From contig JALMLS010000466.1 in assembly GCA_038496445.1 (NCBI GenBank), positions 186,001 through 250,000 on the forward strand: 64,000 nt of DNA, written 5' to 3'. The stretch comes from Trichosphaerium sp. ATCC 40318 (Eukaryota; Protista; Tubulinea). Positions 29,310 through 44,337 of this stretch are shown in pieces. The notes beneath the pieces were generated by a model. The model saw only the letters and a program-made list of their open reading frames with translations. It did no database searches and was not told the origin of the DNA. The first letter of the stretch is position 1, and each line of letters starts with the position of its first letter. A program made the translations under genes and the position numbers.

Positions 29310-31249
29310 TTACTGAACGGTATCGCTTACGCCTTGTGTCTCATGGATTTTTAATTTAGCATCAGCACCTCCAGATAAAAATCGTTGCGCATCACTCCAA
29401 CCCACTGCCAAAATCTTTTCTTCATGAGCATTCTTGAGGGTGTGTAATGGTACTTTTGCTCTGATATCCCATAGTTTTAATGTCATATCATGAGATCCAG
29501 AAAGCAGCAAGTTGTCTTTCTGTGGATGCCAGCAAACATCGCTTATCCATCCTTTGTGTGATGTAAGGGATTTAAGAGATTCATCATCTAAACGAAAGAA
29601 CATTAGAGTCAATAACAAGCGAGAAAACAATCAATTCAAGCAAGACAAAAAAAAACTCTTTTCAAGATTTTAAAAGAAATCAAAACAAAAAATCTGCTTT
29701 GTGTTCTCGTTGAGTGTCATTTGCGCGTACTTGGTTGTCTTGGATCCCAAATTTTTATTGAGAAATCACCATGACCTGTAGCGATAAGGCCGGATTGTTT
29801 GTTAAAGTCCATTGTAAGTATAGCTTTATTGGCATTCTTTGTTAATGTATTAATGCCTGAAGGTATATCCCACCAACGCATAGTTCTATCCCAAGAAGAC
29901 GAAACAAGCTCAGCAGGTCCAGTCTACAAAAAAAAAAAAGTAAAAAACGTGAATGTTGATTTAAAATGGAGGATACTCCATCGTGTTGTATCTTTACGTA
30001 CCCAAACAAGGTCAGATATATTTTGTTTGTGCTCTTTAATCACAATACGAGGTAGTTTAATCTGTGCAGTTGTTTTCCTACGTTTAGCGTCTGGTTCTCC
30101 ATCGCTTTGTCTGCTTGAATGTGTCTTTGGATCGAATAATGTCCATACAAGAATAATTGAATCCCAACTTCCGGATGCAATCTGTAAAAAAGAAGAATGT
30201 TACAAAAAGTCTATTAGGTGAAACAAATGGTTTTCTTTTTTTTTTGTTTAATTGTTAAGATGTCATACTAGTTCTTGTGTAGGTGACACACCTATGGCAT
30301 CTACAGAGTTTCTGTGACCTTTAAAAGATGCTTCACATATTGGGTTCGATGGGTCAGTTACCTGTCACGACGTAAGCGAAAGAAGAGAGGTGTAATTTTT
30401 TCTTTTTTCAGATCAAAAATGACGTCTTCAAACAGAGCGACTTACATTCCACTGTCTTATATGTTGATCCTGTGAACCTTCTAGTATGAGGGATCTATCA
30501 CCAGCTTCTACATATTCTATGGCTTTAATAGGCCGTTTTCCGTTACCAAATTCAGCAACGACTTCTTCTCCTACATGAACTGTTACTATTTTTTTTTCTT
30601 CTTTTTGATTCTCTGGACTGTAATAAAACTTGTTTTTACCTTCCCAAAGGCGAATACGACCATCATAGCATCCTGTCCAACTGAGTCCAGGACCTTTAAC
30701 TTGTATACTGCTTACCCAATCCGGGTGCTCAAAGCCTGACATATTTTGTAAAAACAATCATCGAATTGCCTTTAAATGGTACCTGTTTCACGCGTGACTG
30801 CGCCCAGGGCTTCTGTATACCATATTTCGATGCCATTATCCTTGTTTTGTAAGATTTCGCAATTAACGTGTCAATAACGCGTAAAATATGCGTAGTTTGT
30901 GCAGTGATAGCGTGTGGAATATTTGTTCGCATACTGAGGAAGAAACCATGAAATTTTGCGTACCTCATCTTCTATTTGCTTCTCTGTTACGAATTGTGCC
31001 AAGGATTGGCGTAAATACTCTTCATTTATCAAGAAATCGAATGGAATAACATCTTCTCCTTCTACGCTTTTGTTAGCGCACACGCGTATAAATATGCTTG
31101 CCTTTGGCCAACAGATGGTTAATAATGTGACTGAGGCCTCTTCTGTTCAAATTGCCTGGCACTTGAAATGGAGCTGTTGTAACACTGTATTGATCTTGCT
31201 CAGTCTTAAACTTGACAGTAAAGGAGCGTGTTGATTCTGTAGAAGCCAT
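29310..31249 (-). CDS. YTM1: Ribosome biogenesis WD40 protein WDR12/Ytm1
   Basis: NLE domain (LSHIINHLL, PFDFLINEEYLRQSL), HPDWVSSI, SHKGWISDVCW, LWDIRAKVPLHTL, SGGAD. Confidence 0.93.
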
Positions 31250-31897
31250 AACAGTTTACTATGAAAAAAATACTGTTACGTTTGCCTTAAATATGCGTAT
31301 AACAAACCTTTTCTTGTACAATGGCCTATTTCGGTTGGAATAAAGACAATTCAAAGTATTTGCATAGAAAAGGCAGACGATTAGCCACCCAAATACCATC
31401 CTGTTTTTTGCAACACCTCAAAACTAATGCAATACTCAAAATAGCACGCGTTCGGACTCGTTCTCGTTTTTACAACGATGACTCGTGGCGATAAGACTTT
31501 CAAGGTACTGATAAATCAGGAGTAAACCCATTCAAAAAGAGGCACATACAATCCAGCTTTCAGAGCGTAAGGTCACTCTAGTTTCGTATGCATTGTGCTA
31601 TTTTATTTAATCTACAAGTAGAGCAACTTTGTATTTACCATCAAACGTCCCGAAAGCACAATCTGCGCTCGATACGATATTTCTATTTTCTGCAGAAAAT
31701 GTAAGTGTTGAAATAAAAAAGGAAATAATCACGTGCTAGTGCGAAGTCCAATGTAACATTGAGCATTTTACGAAGTCAATGACAAACACAATTTTGCGTT
31801 GTCATTATTCGTTGTTCCTTTGGATCAGTATTCATAACTGTGACCGAAGTCAATTTCTTGTTGTGTTTTTTTCGTCTGTTCTTCTCAGTACCAACTT

Positions 31898-33117
31898 TTA
31901 TTTGTTCTCTTGGCGTATTGGGAATAAACACTTGGTGGATAGCAAGAGTAGTCTAATAAATAAAGTAAAAACAATTGATTCACAACTAGAGTCTTACCTT
32001 TGTTCAGCCTTCGACAATTGACTTTTACCAAAGTTTTCAAAGTCCAAGTCGATGCTTGGGTAAACTTGTTTAAGGACTTGTGGCCATCTATTGCTAAGTC
32101 CACCTCCATCTAGAGCTTTTATTTGTTCCTGAGATACACGAAACCATTGTTTTGGATGTGTAATTTGTAAGGTAGCAGCAGTATGATCTAAGAACTCCAA
32201 AACATTTTCAACTTTTTTCCAATAATTTTGTCCAACTTTTGCTATTGGATGCTTAGACGAAAAACATGTATGAAATCTTGGTATGTCTCATACCGAAACG
32301 CCAGTTTTGCCAATTATAATCAGTATAAATATCACGTATAAGGCTTTGGCAAGAGTTAACATACATTCTAAAAAAACCAATTAAACCAAAAAATGTCAGT
32401 AAAAAAAAGTCCAAAAAGACAGTACTCAAGTAACCCGCGGCCTCCCATTTTTGCAAGTTCAGTTGCTTGTACATGGTACCTATTGTTGGATACAATAAAC
32501 ACAGAGTTCTATAGAAAAAGAGATGAGCTTACCAGTCACTAATATCAGTAACTCCATGTTCCATCTCAACCTTTAAATAGTTAACAAGCAATGGTACAAA
32601 CAACTAACGACTTACATCTATTATGAACGCTACACGGTTATGTCTATCATCCCAGAATGAAAGTGGAACAAAAGCTCAACCACGTGTTAGTTGGTGAGTG
32701 AGAAATAGGTTATTTAGCTTACGAAACTTCCAAGGTTTCCAATGGTAGTCAGGGTACACTTCTCGAAGTAAATCTACAAGTGATAATCCTCCACCTCTTT
32801 GCAAGTGTCAAGAAAATGTAAAAATATCTACTATAGCGCTGTACGTACTTTTTAAGGATGTGGTGGCCTGCAATTTGCTTTATTTGTTTAGTGCTCAAAG
32901 TATACCAATCAGAAATCTTCTTGACGCCAAAAATACGCTCTGTCTATTGTATTACATGCGTCAGGGCAATATAAAATACGTTTTGAATTGTACTTACCTT
33001 ACTGACTAGTTTTACGCGATTAAAGTGCATACTCCAGTAGTCGCTTGCCTTACCTTCTTTTTTTTTCGTCTTTTGCAGCTGTAGCACTCTTCTGTACACA
33101 ACTCGAGCGCTAGTCAT
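31898..33117 (-). CDS. Hypothetical Trp/Tyr-repeat protein (DWY...GG...YP...W..W.F repeats), possibly organelle-targeted
   Basis: Repeated units ISDWYTLS, EVYPDYHWKPWKF, DIYTDYNWQNWRF, KQWFRVSQEQIKALDGG; basic N-terminus. Confidence 0.6.
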
Positions 33118-33250
33118 GGTAAAGCACGCACGTATTATGCCGGCATAAAGTCTGTAAAATAGCTGCCAAATTGACTATTCTAGAATTTGACAAAAACAAT
33201 TTTACATCCGCGTTAACCGCTATTATAAATTGAGTAGAATAAGCTACAAC

Positions 33251-36793
<3,543 letters not shown>

Positions 36794-37208
36794 AAAAAAA
36801 AAAACAAAAAAAACTTCTTCTGCACTGTACTATAACAACAAACCACTGTTACAAAATCTGGTGGAATAAATCAATCTCGAATGTAACTATTCTCTTTCTT
36901 GCGTGAGTCAGAAACGTAACGCTTTGGTCTCAGTAAAAAGACAGTAATAGTGAAACATTTTTTTGTTTTATTGAAAAAGATACACAAACAATGTTTAAGG
37001 GAGTTCTAAGTACCTATGCTACACTAACATTAACTATCACATGCAACAACCTACATCTTAAACTAATATGCCGTATGTAGCAATACGGAGTGGATAGCAA
37101 CAAGATTGTTTTTGTTTATTTATGCCAATTAATAGGCTTTTTCTTTTATTAAAGTGATGTCACGTGTTACAAAACTGTCTTGCAAGAGTGCTAAGACTTG
37201 TTTACCCT

Positions 37209-38040
37209 TTACTCTAGTTTTTTCTTTGGTGCAGCTTTCTTTGTTTCTTTTGTAATCTTCTCATCATCGTCATCTAATTCGGACGCCTTTCTTATTTTTT
37301 GGTCGCGTTCCTTTTAGGTCTCGTTTTCCTCACTTCCTTCTTCTCATTTTTTTCATCTTCTTGATCGTCACCCATTAGATCACGTATATGCTTTGGTATT
37401 GGAGTATTAGCCCAACAGGTCACCTCAACATGCTCATTTATATTTTCAATGACTTCAATCTTTTCAGGCTTTTCACCTTTTCCTTTGTAGTCAAAATTAT
37501 CACCTAATTGTCCCACAGAAACAAATGGAAATAAAGGCTTTGCTGCTGATGTCAACCATGCATCATACTTAGAGTGGCTTGGCCCAAAAACAGCTACCTG
37601 TTTTCCATTATGAAAGTAGGTAATACTCCTGTCTTGAGTCGGCTGCGCGTCAAATAAAACGCCGATAGTGTCATACGCATAAATCCTTGTTCCAACGCCA
37701 TTTCGTCCATGACTTCCTTCTGATGATATATAGCTGACTTCAAAGCTGTTTCCGTTGATATAAAAGCGTTCAGAGCCATCTTCAGTTTTAACGCCCAGAT
37801 CGGTGTATGCGTAGTTGTATTGATTTCTAAACTCTTTGAGTGTCAATTCCCAGTAGTGTTTGCCACTATTAAAGCCTTCTGGGCCTACTCCTTGCCACAC
37901 CATCCATGTTTTTTGCTTTTCAACGTCAGTGTCCCACTTCCAATGGTGTAGTTTAATTTTGGCGGGCTGATTATCCATTCTTTCTCCACAATAGCTTGAT
38001 TCAATTGACGAAAGTCTCTGATGAGTTAGCGATACTGCAG
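37209..38040 (-). CDS. SPRY/B30.2 domain protein; start uncertain, apparent 1-nt frameshift near the 3' end
   Basis: GFNSGKHYWEL, DTIGVLFD, ITYFHNGKQV, PLFPFVSV. Confidence 0.75.
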
Positions 38041-38693
38041 CGTGGTATTAAGCGTAAATAGAAGATATTAAGTACGCTGACATGAACTTGTTAACAATTT
38101 CTCCGAATATTCACTGTTCTGGCTACATCGGGTTTACACTCTTCTCGCTAAATTGCTAAGAGCCACCATTGACTTAAAAAACCCGGTTGGTTTGTGCAAA
38201 TCAACTGTTGTAAAAAAAGGGTCCAAAACACACGTGATTTCGGACAAGTAGAACATATGGACGAATTTCAAAAAGTGCTGCAACCCACAAGAGTCAGAGT
38301 AGAAGAAAGCACATATCTTGCCTGGAAAAGCTTGAAGCTAATGAACACTGTCTGAATGTGGAGCACAATAATCTTCAAAGTGTGTTGCTCAATTGGATCT
38401 TTTTGCAATTATGATAAATCATGTCCCGCTGTGCACGTTTTGAGGACTCATGTGACCTTAGTCTATTTTGGATCAGTACGCTACAAGATGAGTCCTGTTT
38501 TTGTGGAGGTGCTCAAGAACCAACAAAAAAGAAACACATGTATTCAAGCTGCAAAAAGACTTTAGTATTTAAAGAGTCGCACAAATGTTGGCACAAAGCT
38601 CATTGCACAATACAAACAAGTAACAAAGCAGTAGAAAGGTAATTGTAAATGGCTTGAAACTAGTGGAAAAAAAAAGTTACTTCGTTCTGTAGT

Positions 38694-41183
38694 TTACTCT
38701 GTTTTTTTATTACAATCACAATTATAGCGCTTACAGTCCTTACATTTCCAATAAGATCTCATATCTTTAAGTAAGTTTACGAGTTCGATAATGAGGTCAT
38801 CATAATCCGCTTTCTTGGCCAGGTTGAGAGCATTAGACCATCCAAAAAACATGTTCGTGCTTCGTTCATGAAACAGCAGTTCTCTGAGATTGTCTTCTTC
38901 TTTGGCGTCATAGTTTGGTTTGCATGTGATAGCTGCCCACTTATCATAAGCGGCATCCCAGCTCTTTTTGTTAACGCTGCAAAGGTAGGCCAATACGAAG
39001 ACAAAAGATTGTAGGTCGTCAGAAGGTTGGTACCTGACTAGCTTCTTAGAACCAAAGGAACACAAGACATGATGTGGAGCATATTTTAGGGTCCCTGCGA
39101 TAACCACTGGTACGCCAGGAGCCACAGTAGAACCCCAGTCGATCAGCAAAGGCTTAGCGTTTGCAAACATGATATTAGATGTAGAAACATCCCTAAAATA
39201 ATATCAGTACTGACACATAGTACGATAAGAAAAATGCAAACATAAAGTGACATGCGCTTCACTGAAAATTTTTGACACATTGCGTGCGGTGTCAATGTGA
39301 AAAAAAACCAAGTCGACATACCTATGAATTATTTTCATTTCGTGCGCGATCTTTAGCGTACTAATGATACCAGAGATAAATCCATAAGTGTCTGCAACAT
39401 CACCCCAATTTTTTATTCTCGTGCCAACAGGACTTAAAAAAATATGATCTTGAGTGTAATGAACCTGCAATAAAAAATGTTAGCAAAAGAAAGAAAAAAA
39501 AAAAAAAGAAATGATGGGTTGCGTACCAAGTTAGGTACACTAGAAACTTTCTTAAGCTTCTTGTAAATGTTAATTTCCTCGTGAATGAACTGTTTACGGT
39601 CTGGTTTAAATTCCTTGACCGCAACTATTCTTGTATCCTTCCCGTCTTTGGTAGGAATTTGTAGCGAATAAACTACAGCTGAAGCGCCAATACCCAAAAT
39701 TCCGCCAGCCAAGTACTCCGTATCTTTATACGTGAATTTTTTGATGCGAAAGCCCAGCGCTTCAGGAGTTTGGTTGAGCATTGTGAACAGATATTTCCCG
39801 CCCACACCATCAATGTCGTACGGCCCACACGTGAAGTAGCTTGGGTTTTTCAGCTCCTCACGTGTTGCCATCGAAATCTTCAGAAACATGACTTTGTCAA
39901 AGTTCATAAGTATGGCATATGCCTCCGTGCGCGTTTTTTGGGCATAAAGGAGCTTGTGGAGGTAATGCCATGTTTGTCCCTTCTCTGCAGTTGTAAAATC
40001 CGCTAAGAAAACATTTAGTACAATGAAAGAAAGAGAGGAAAAAAAAAAGAAAAAAAGAGAAAGCGTACCAGTTCCCTTTTTGAGTTCCCAAATTATGGCG
40101 ATTTGGTGGATCTTGACCTTGTCGTTCTCGCCTATTTTTATAGATTTGGGTACAACGGCAAGGTCAGGCTTTGATATTTTGTGTTGAGGTATTTCCCCAA
40201 CTACGTTTTGTACATGTGTGTCATGCACAAGCATGTGGCGCAGGAGGTCTGGACGGGCCTTGAAATACTTTCCAAGGAAAACATTGAACTTGGTCTCCTT
40301 CTTCCAATCCCGTTTGCGAGCACCGTCTTTGTAAAGAAAATCATCAGGGTAGATGATATTTTCTAGAACTTCATAGAAGAAAGCGACAAGAATGACCAGG
40401 GCGTCTATGTGTACGCCAAGACAGTCGTAGTCTACAGGAAAAAAAGTTAGTGATTTAGAAAATTCTTCGAAAAAAAAAGTGTACGTACCTTTTTCTATAA
40501 TTTCATCGAGAGTCTTATCTCTTATCGAACTGAAGGCGATTAGAAGCGCCATTTGAAGGAACGCGCAATTAGTAACCGCCAAACCAACTTTAAGGCGTTT
40601 AGTTGTAGTTTTCAAGGCTGTACATTCGCCTTCCAATGTTGTAAGTTTGGTACTATGTTCAGCTTTGGTCTTGTCATGCTCGGCTTTTTGAGCAGCCAGC
40701 TTAGCATTGAATTGAGCGGCAAAGGCGCCCATTTGAACCGTGATATCTGCTTGCCGAGCTTTACGAGCAACCTCGGCATCGTACTCAGCTTGCCTGGCTT
40801 TGGACTTGGTGTTACGCTTACGCTTTTTGATCTTAAATAGGGCGTTGTTAACCTCTTCACGTTGATAACTGGCCCGCTCCAGCATCAACTGATCTCCTTC
40901 GTTGTCTAAAGTGAGTTAGAACAAAAGTCGAAGTTGACAGTAAGTTGAATAGTTAAAAAGATAGCGAAAAGTTTTAGAGCTTTTAAACTGTTAACAACGT
41001 ACGCATAGTTGTGTAAATGGCTTCAATTAGAGCGGTCTTTCGCAATGTGGAGTAGCGCGTCATCTCCCAAGCCTTTGCTATTGCGCGAAGTCTAATACAT
41101 GAACAATCGGCTAGGTCTGTCCTAGTCATTACTGTACGGGTAGGTGTGAGTGTGAAAGAGGAAGTAGTAGTAGAGAGAGACAT
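38694..41183 (-). CDS. Crinkler/CR-type protein: Rho_N/HeH-like helical domain, coiled coil, PD-(D/E)xK REase-like domain and protein kinase
   Basis: LRAIAKAWEMTRYSTLRKTALIEAI; KPDLAVV...IIWELKK...GQ; LGIGASAVVY, VAVKEF, IIHR|DVSTSNIM, LIDWG, GTLKYAP, DDLQSF. Confidence 0.8.
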
Positions 41184-42510
41184 TGTTGAGTTGTTGTTGA
41201 GGTTGTTGTTGATGGTTTGTTATGGTTAAAAAAGAGCTTTTTCACGGATAGTTTTGGTGCCCAAAAACTGTAGTAATCTTCTCAAAGAGATTATTGAGGT
41301 TATGTGCGTACTTGGGGTAGGTGGTTCATCATCGCTGTCAGTCATTTATGGTTGTATATCAACGACAAAGTGTAAAATCTTTGTTGAATTCTAGAACGTG
41401 ATATATTTTTTTTGAGCTTTCATAAAGCTCCGAGTTTTTATTGTATTATGAATCTACGGTAAAAACCCTACCAAAAAAACTAAGATACGTTAACGGAGAT
41501 TTTTGTTTTATCAATCAATGAACACAAAAAAAAAAAGAAAAAAAAAAGCGTTTCAATGGTATTGGTTTCGATGGTAATGAGCCTCGGCATTACCATTCCC
41601 AATCGAACACAATCTAGAATTACCGCGGTATTTAATGAAAAAAAAAATACCCGATATCGGGCAGTTCACGTTTTTTGACACCTTCACCACACGTGACAAA
41701 AGGTCAAATGAAAATTCTATCGAAACAGTTGAAAAAAGATAAAAAAAAACCGTCTTTTGTGAGTACTCTATTTCCTCATTTCAGGATGAATTAAACACAA
41801 GATAAAAGACACTTTCGAATTTGGCTTTTTTTAATCGAAAAATCTCGTATCACAGCCGAAAATGTGTTTCGTTTCTCAAAAACGTATCACGACTCAAAAA
41901 CCGTATCCAGCACGTGTTGTTATGTTGTTACGTCCCGTACAACCAATAGATATCGTATTGTTATTGGCTGTACGGACATTCAAGATCATAACAACAAGAA
42001 TGAAATAAGAAAATATTTGCTGAGCTGAATGGCGCCTTTGTTTTGAATAAACGCGCCAAGCACCGTTTTTTTTGTTGAAAATAATAAATACGGATACCAA
42101 TTACGTGTATTTACGATGTTTTAATGACTTATAAGCTGTTAAAGGCAAAAAATTAATATTTACCTGTATTAACGCGCCAAGGCCACAATATTGGTGTTTT
42201 GATAGCTTCTCAAGCTTTGTTACGGCGAAAAAGCTGTTTTCGTTTGTTTAGTGCGTTTACGCCTGTCAAATACCGTACCCTTCAATATAGATCCGCTATT
42301 GTCGTTCTCACAAGCAATACAAAACTAACAGAAACGCTTAACGACTTTTTCAGCAACCTGTTGTTCAGAAGAGGCGAAAACGCTTATACTCGACCGTATG
42401 CACCTTCTCTTAGACTCAACTCGATATAGAATCGCGAAAACGCTCAACACAGGTGTTTTAAACCACTCACTTGCTTTTTTTTCTCGAGACTTACAATGTC
42501 CGATGTTCTT

Positions 42511-43870
42511 TTATTTCTTGCTGACTTTCCACTCTTGCCATTTACCAATATGTTCCTTACCCCAACTGACACCAACGTCACCTTTCTTTTCAACTGTATC
42601 TCTGTAAAAATAATGTACATCTCCGCTTCTTGTACCAATGACAATTGTTTGACACATTGTACCAAATTGATTATTGTACACAGGAATTTCCGTAAAAATA
42701 TGTTGTAACCTAATACTATGAGTTTTAGATATCTATAGTATGTTCGTACCTTTGGTGATGTGTCATCCCAGCCATTAAACCCATTGAAATGCCCAACAAA
42801 CAGAAAACCAAGGTTGGAAAAGTGAAACCAAAAGTGACGAAAGAGAATAAGAAGAAAAGTGGAAACAAAATTAGTATCAAATACATCGCTGTCTTTAATC
42901 CTACGCGTGAAGTAATGAGTCTAAGAAATACAACAATAACTACGTTATCAAAACATACCTGGTTGAAATCGTCTAATGCCACCAAACTTGAAAAACTTTG
43001 ATAGAAAGGGTAAAACAGGATGGCTCTAGAATCAATAAATGTTATTTAGTGAGCCATTTACTATAGCCGTACCTGTTTAGATGTCATCACATCTCCCAAC
43101 CTATTCCTTAGCTCACATACTCCTTGATACGATGTGTCACTATTAACAAGGTATCTATCAACTTCTCTTTTCAACTCGGCTTTCAAATATGGAGTTTTAA
43201 GATACTCATCATGAAGTCTATCATTCCCAATCACGTGAATACCTATTCTCCACACGTGTTATCCAATAAGATTTACACAACATAGCAAACAAAACCTACC
43301 TGTTTTAAGTACTTCATGAGTTGACGATGGATCTGTAGTGGCGAAATTGGAGAGGTAGTTCAACTGGAACGGACTTTCGAATACATTTCCCCAAAGCAAA
43401 TTCATTGGAGCAAATTGGAATCTAATGTGGTCTTATTAGTGGTTTTTCAAGCTTGGTTGTATTCTAGTACTTTTGTACTAGTGATTTTACGTCTTCTCCA
43501 CCATTAATTATTGTGTACACTAAGCCACCACGGCCTTTTCGGGGTTTTTTTGTGTTTGCTGTCTGTTGGCTTCCAATGTTTGTTACTGCGCTAAAATTAC
43601 CTATTGACAACGTCTTAGTATCCATTTTAACGGTTTAGGCGCACCTGTACTTGTATTTATACCAAACCAAGTCCCATTGGCTCGTAAGTCTTTGCCAGCG
43701 AGTATACCATTGCTGTCAATGCTTGCAGGCGTGGAAGGGCGATTCTATTAATAATGAACAAAACGACACCAATTTCGCGGCTTCTGGCGCACTATGAACT
43801 CTTCTCTGTTTGACACGATAACAAATGCCAAGTCTCCTTCTTGTAATACTACAACGCCTATAATACACAT
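42511..43870 (-). CDS. TANGO2: TANGO2/NRDE family protein with hydrophobic insertion
   Basis: Exons missed by the ORF track read MCIIGVV...SNREEF, GKDLRANGTWFGIN, FSAVTN, GRGGLV, HVIGN, IF...FGTMCQTIVI. Confidence 0.85.
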
Positions 43871-44337
43871 CCACTACTTTGTGTTGTACTTCACCGAACC
43901 AAATAATTTTTCCTAAGGCAGCGGATTTAACATTAAGGGGCCCTTAAGCGACTGATGAAAAATCCAACTCCCAATAAGTAACAAGCACGTGCATTTTGCA
44001 ACTATGACGTTGGGCTTGATAACGTAAAAGGAGTGGATGCTATCACAATGGAATTTAGAAGAGTACCAAAGCTGGCATGGTGTACATAAGGCTATCGTCA
44101 CTAATGAAGTTAAATAACACAATTATCAAGTCCATACTATCACACTTGGAAACAACTTAAAAGGAGGTGGCCTGGAGTAATTGACTGTTCGTTTACCTTC
44201 AAAAACTATAGATTTACAAAATCTAAAGAATGGGTATTTTACTAGATTTTGTTGTATACTTTTAGACAGAATTTATAAAGACGGGTGTAGCACAATGGTA
44301 ATTGTTTTTATTTCCTAATCTGAGTTGTTGTAACACT

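Noticed and set aside
38340-38642. Cys/His-rich short ORFs resembling a zinc finger
   Set aside because: No consistent motif spacing or gene structure.
41571-41620. Inverted repeat ATGGTAATG/CATTACCAT followed by CTAG, as a Helitron 3' end
   Set aside because: CTAG is not followed by T, and no transposase or matching 5' end is visible.
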